Of a stretch of 64,000 nt of DNA, positions 61,873-64,000 are shown one piece after another. A program made the translations under genes and the position numbers. Position 1 is the stretch's first letter. The number at the start of each line of letters is the position of its first letter. The DNA comes from an uncultured Acidobacteriota bacterium (lineage in GTDB: Bacteria; Acidobacteriota; UBA6911). The stretch lies in NCBI GenBank assembly GCA_963747985.1, contig CAVVHG010000014.1:17149-81148 (forward strand), in the 5' to 3' direction. The notes under the pieces are model-generated. The model made no database searches and was not told where the DNA came from. It saw nothing but the letters and a program-made list of their open reading frames with translations.

Positions 61873-63999
61873 TCAGAAGACAAAGCGGAGGCCGAAGCGG
61901 AACTGGCGTTCGTCAATTCCCTCCCGGCCCAGATTGATCACTCCGTTGATGGTCATGAAATCCGACCCGTCCGGAATCGAGCCGTCAGGCACGTCCAGGT
62001 GAGGTGTGTTGGTGAAGTTGAACGCCTCCATGCGGAACTGCATGCTCAGGTTCTCGGTGAACCTGAACTCGCGGAACAGACCGAAGTCCCAGTTGAAGAG
62101 GCCCGGCCCGCGCAGCGTGCTGCGCCCGGCATTTCCGAAACGAGCCTCGGTCACATCCGCGAAGGCGCTCTGATCGAAATACGGAGTTGTGGCCCCGAGT
62201 CCGCCCAGCTTGGTCACAGTTTGTTTTACTTGATCCCCGTACTGAGTAGGTGCCTGGCAGGTTCAATGAAGTGTCGTCCGAGTAGACGGTGAACGGAACA
62301 CCGCTCATGACGCTGAACATGTTGTTGACTCTGCCAGCCACCGAGGATCGCCGAAGCGGCTCCTTTGTCGCTCAGATAGCGCTTCCCCTTCCCGAAGGGC
62401 AGCTGCCAGACGTTCGTGATCCCGAGGTTGTGGGTGCGGTCGAGAAACGACCGCGCATAGTTCCGGGTCATATACGACAAGGCCTGGGTCTCCGGGGTAT
62501 AGTCGCTGTTTTCGAGAGGAGTCATGGTCTTGGCATAAGTGTAATTCACGCGTCAGCGCCAGGCCCGCGGTGAATCGACGCTGCAGTTGGGCCTGCAGTG
62601 AGTCGTAGTGGCCTGTGCCGACCGGCTGCAGCATTATGGTCGCGGCAGTCCTGCCGAACTTGGAGTAGAGGGGTCTGCCCTCCTCCCCGGCCCCGATGAT
62701 CTGGCCCGCGTTGATATCGACCAGACCCAGCGTCCGGGTCGACCGCGTGGCAACGTACCCAGCCTGCGCCGTGAATCCCCGCGGCAGCTCCCTCTGGAAG
62801 GTCAAGTTCCATGACTGGATGTAGCCGCGATTCAGCTTCTTTGGCAATCCCTGGAAAATGTAGTCGCTCGGGATGTCAAGGATGCCGTTCCCGTAGTCGG
62901 GCACCTGGATAGCCGGAATACCCGTCGCCAGAGTTGCCGCGGGGGTAAGGCCATCGGGAGACTCGAGTCTGTTCTGAATCAGTATCGGGTAGTTAGCGCG
63001 GAGCGGTTCCATGGCTTCATACGGATCGTTCGTCAGTCCGTAACCGGCCCGGATAACTGACTTGTCTGCGAGTCGATACGCCAGACCGACACGGGGACTG
63101 AAGCGCTTCTTGCTCACCTCGATTCCGCAATCCTTGGGAATGGAACCATAGCCGCACATCGATATTTGTTGGTTTCCGGGATCATAGTACTCGATGCCGC
63201 GATCGGGCCGCGTCGGCACCGGGAAGTACTCCCAGCGAATCCCGTAGTCGAGAGTCAGCTTGGGAGTGACAGTCCATCGGTCGCGCGCGTAGGCGCTATA
63301 GAGCCAGGCGATGATGTGATATTCATCCGGAACCTGGAGCGTCCTGCCTGCCGCGTCTGACTGACCTACCAGAAATGCCGCGAAGCTGTTGTACCTGGAA
63401 CTGCTGGACGTTTCCAGGCAGTCGCCGGTTGCCGGATCGATTGCTTCGCAGCGTTCGGTCATGCCCCTGCTGAAATCAAATCCGCCCTGGGGGCCGTAGC
63501 CGCCACTGGCAAATTCCGCCTGGGCATGGTTCAACGCCTGTCGGTAGAAGTCCATACCAAATCGTATGTTGTGTTTCCCCTTCATCCAGTTCACGTTGGC
63601 CACATACTGGTACTGAGGGTCGCTACGGTAATAGGGCATGAAGTTGTTGGGAACCCCGATCGTAGAGAAGTTCTCTATGTCGAATTCGGGCCAGCCGCTC
63701 TCAAAGGCGCGAGGGCCGTTGGTTCCGGGTATACCCAGTACGTCACTACCAACGTTTGTGCCCAGGCCCGGCTGCTCTGACGAGGTACCCTGGCGCGCCC
63801 AACCGAAGTGAGCGTCCAGGACAAAGTTGGACGTGAACGTATAGGTGCCCATCACGGTGAGTCGGAACGTGTTCCCGTGTGAGTGCCCAGGGTTGCTTAT
63901 GCTCTGGATCGCCGGCCCCACTCCAGCGTCGCCGAAAACCGTTGGGTTGACACTGTCGAAATGGAGGACGCCGAAGGTGCCAATGAGGTTCAGTTTGGA
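61873..63999 (-). CDS. TonB-dependent receptor (Oar-like), 5'-partial, three +1 frameshifts near the 3' end
   Basis: YARDRW, LDYGIRWEY, FSPRVGLAYR, QSWNLTFQ, GPGLFNWDFGL, FRMEAFNFTN, RQFRFGLRFVF; pieces lie in successive frames with extra bases near 62550, 62330 and 62248. Confidence 0.9.
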
Positions 64000-64000
64000 A

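Overview
GC-rich bacterial window, densely coding, with no rRNA, tRNA, CRISPR array or transposase that I can recognise. The Oar-like TonB receptor and several conserved hypotheticals suggest Acidobacteriota (inference only). Content is mostly metabolic: a glgP-pgm-tal-pgi carbohydrate operon, tyrosine phenol-lyase, polyphosphate glucokinase, GlpD, hemG, gpmA, msrPQ, a TatT-type TRAP transporter, a homocysteine-methyltransferase/MtaA-like pair, thiD-LOG-dGTPase and arfB. The most unusual locus is a PilZ gene followed by a ~1,790-codon REC-REC-PAS-coiled-coil-PAS-pseudokinase gene. Its rod is built on an old 46-aa repeat with a recent 53-aa (159-bp) expansion, and two identical 1-bp deletions break the frame. 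Non-coding elements include a 240-bp MITE-like element with 22-bp terminal inverted repeats, a REP-like cluster, and two diverged copies of a ~105-bp element. Six single-base frameshifts in three genes suggest possible long-read assembly error and limit any pseudogene claims.
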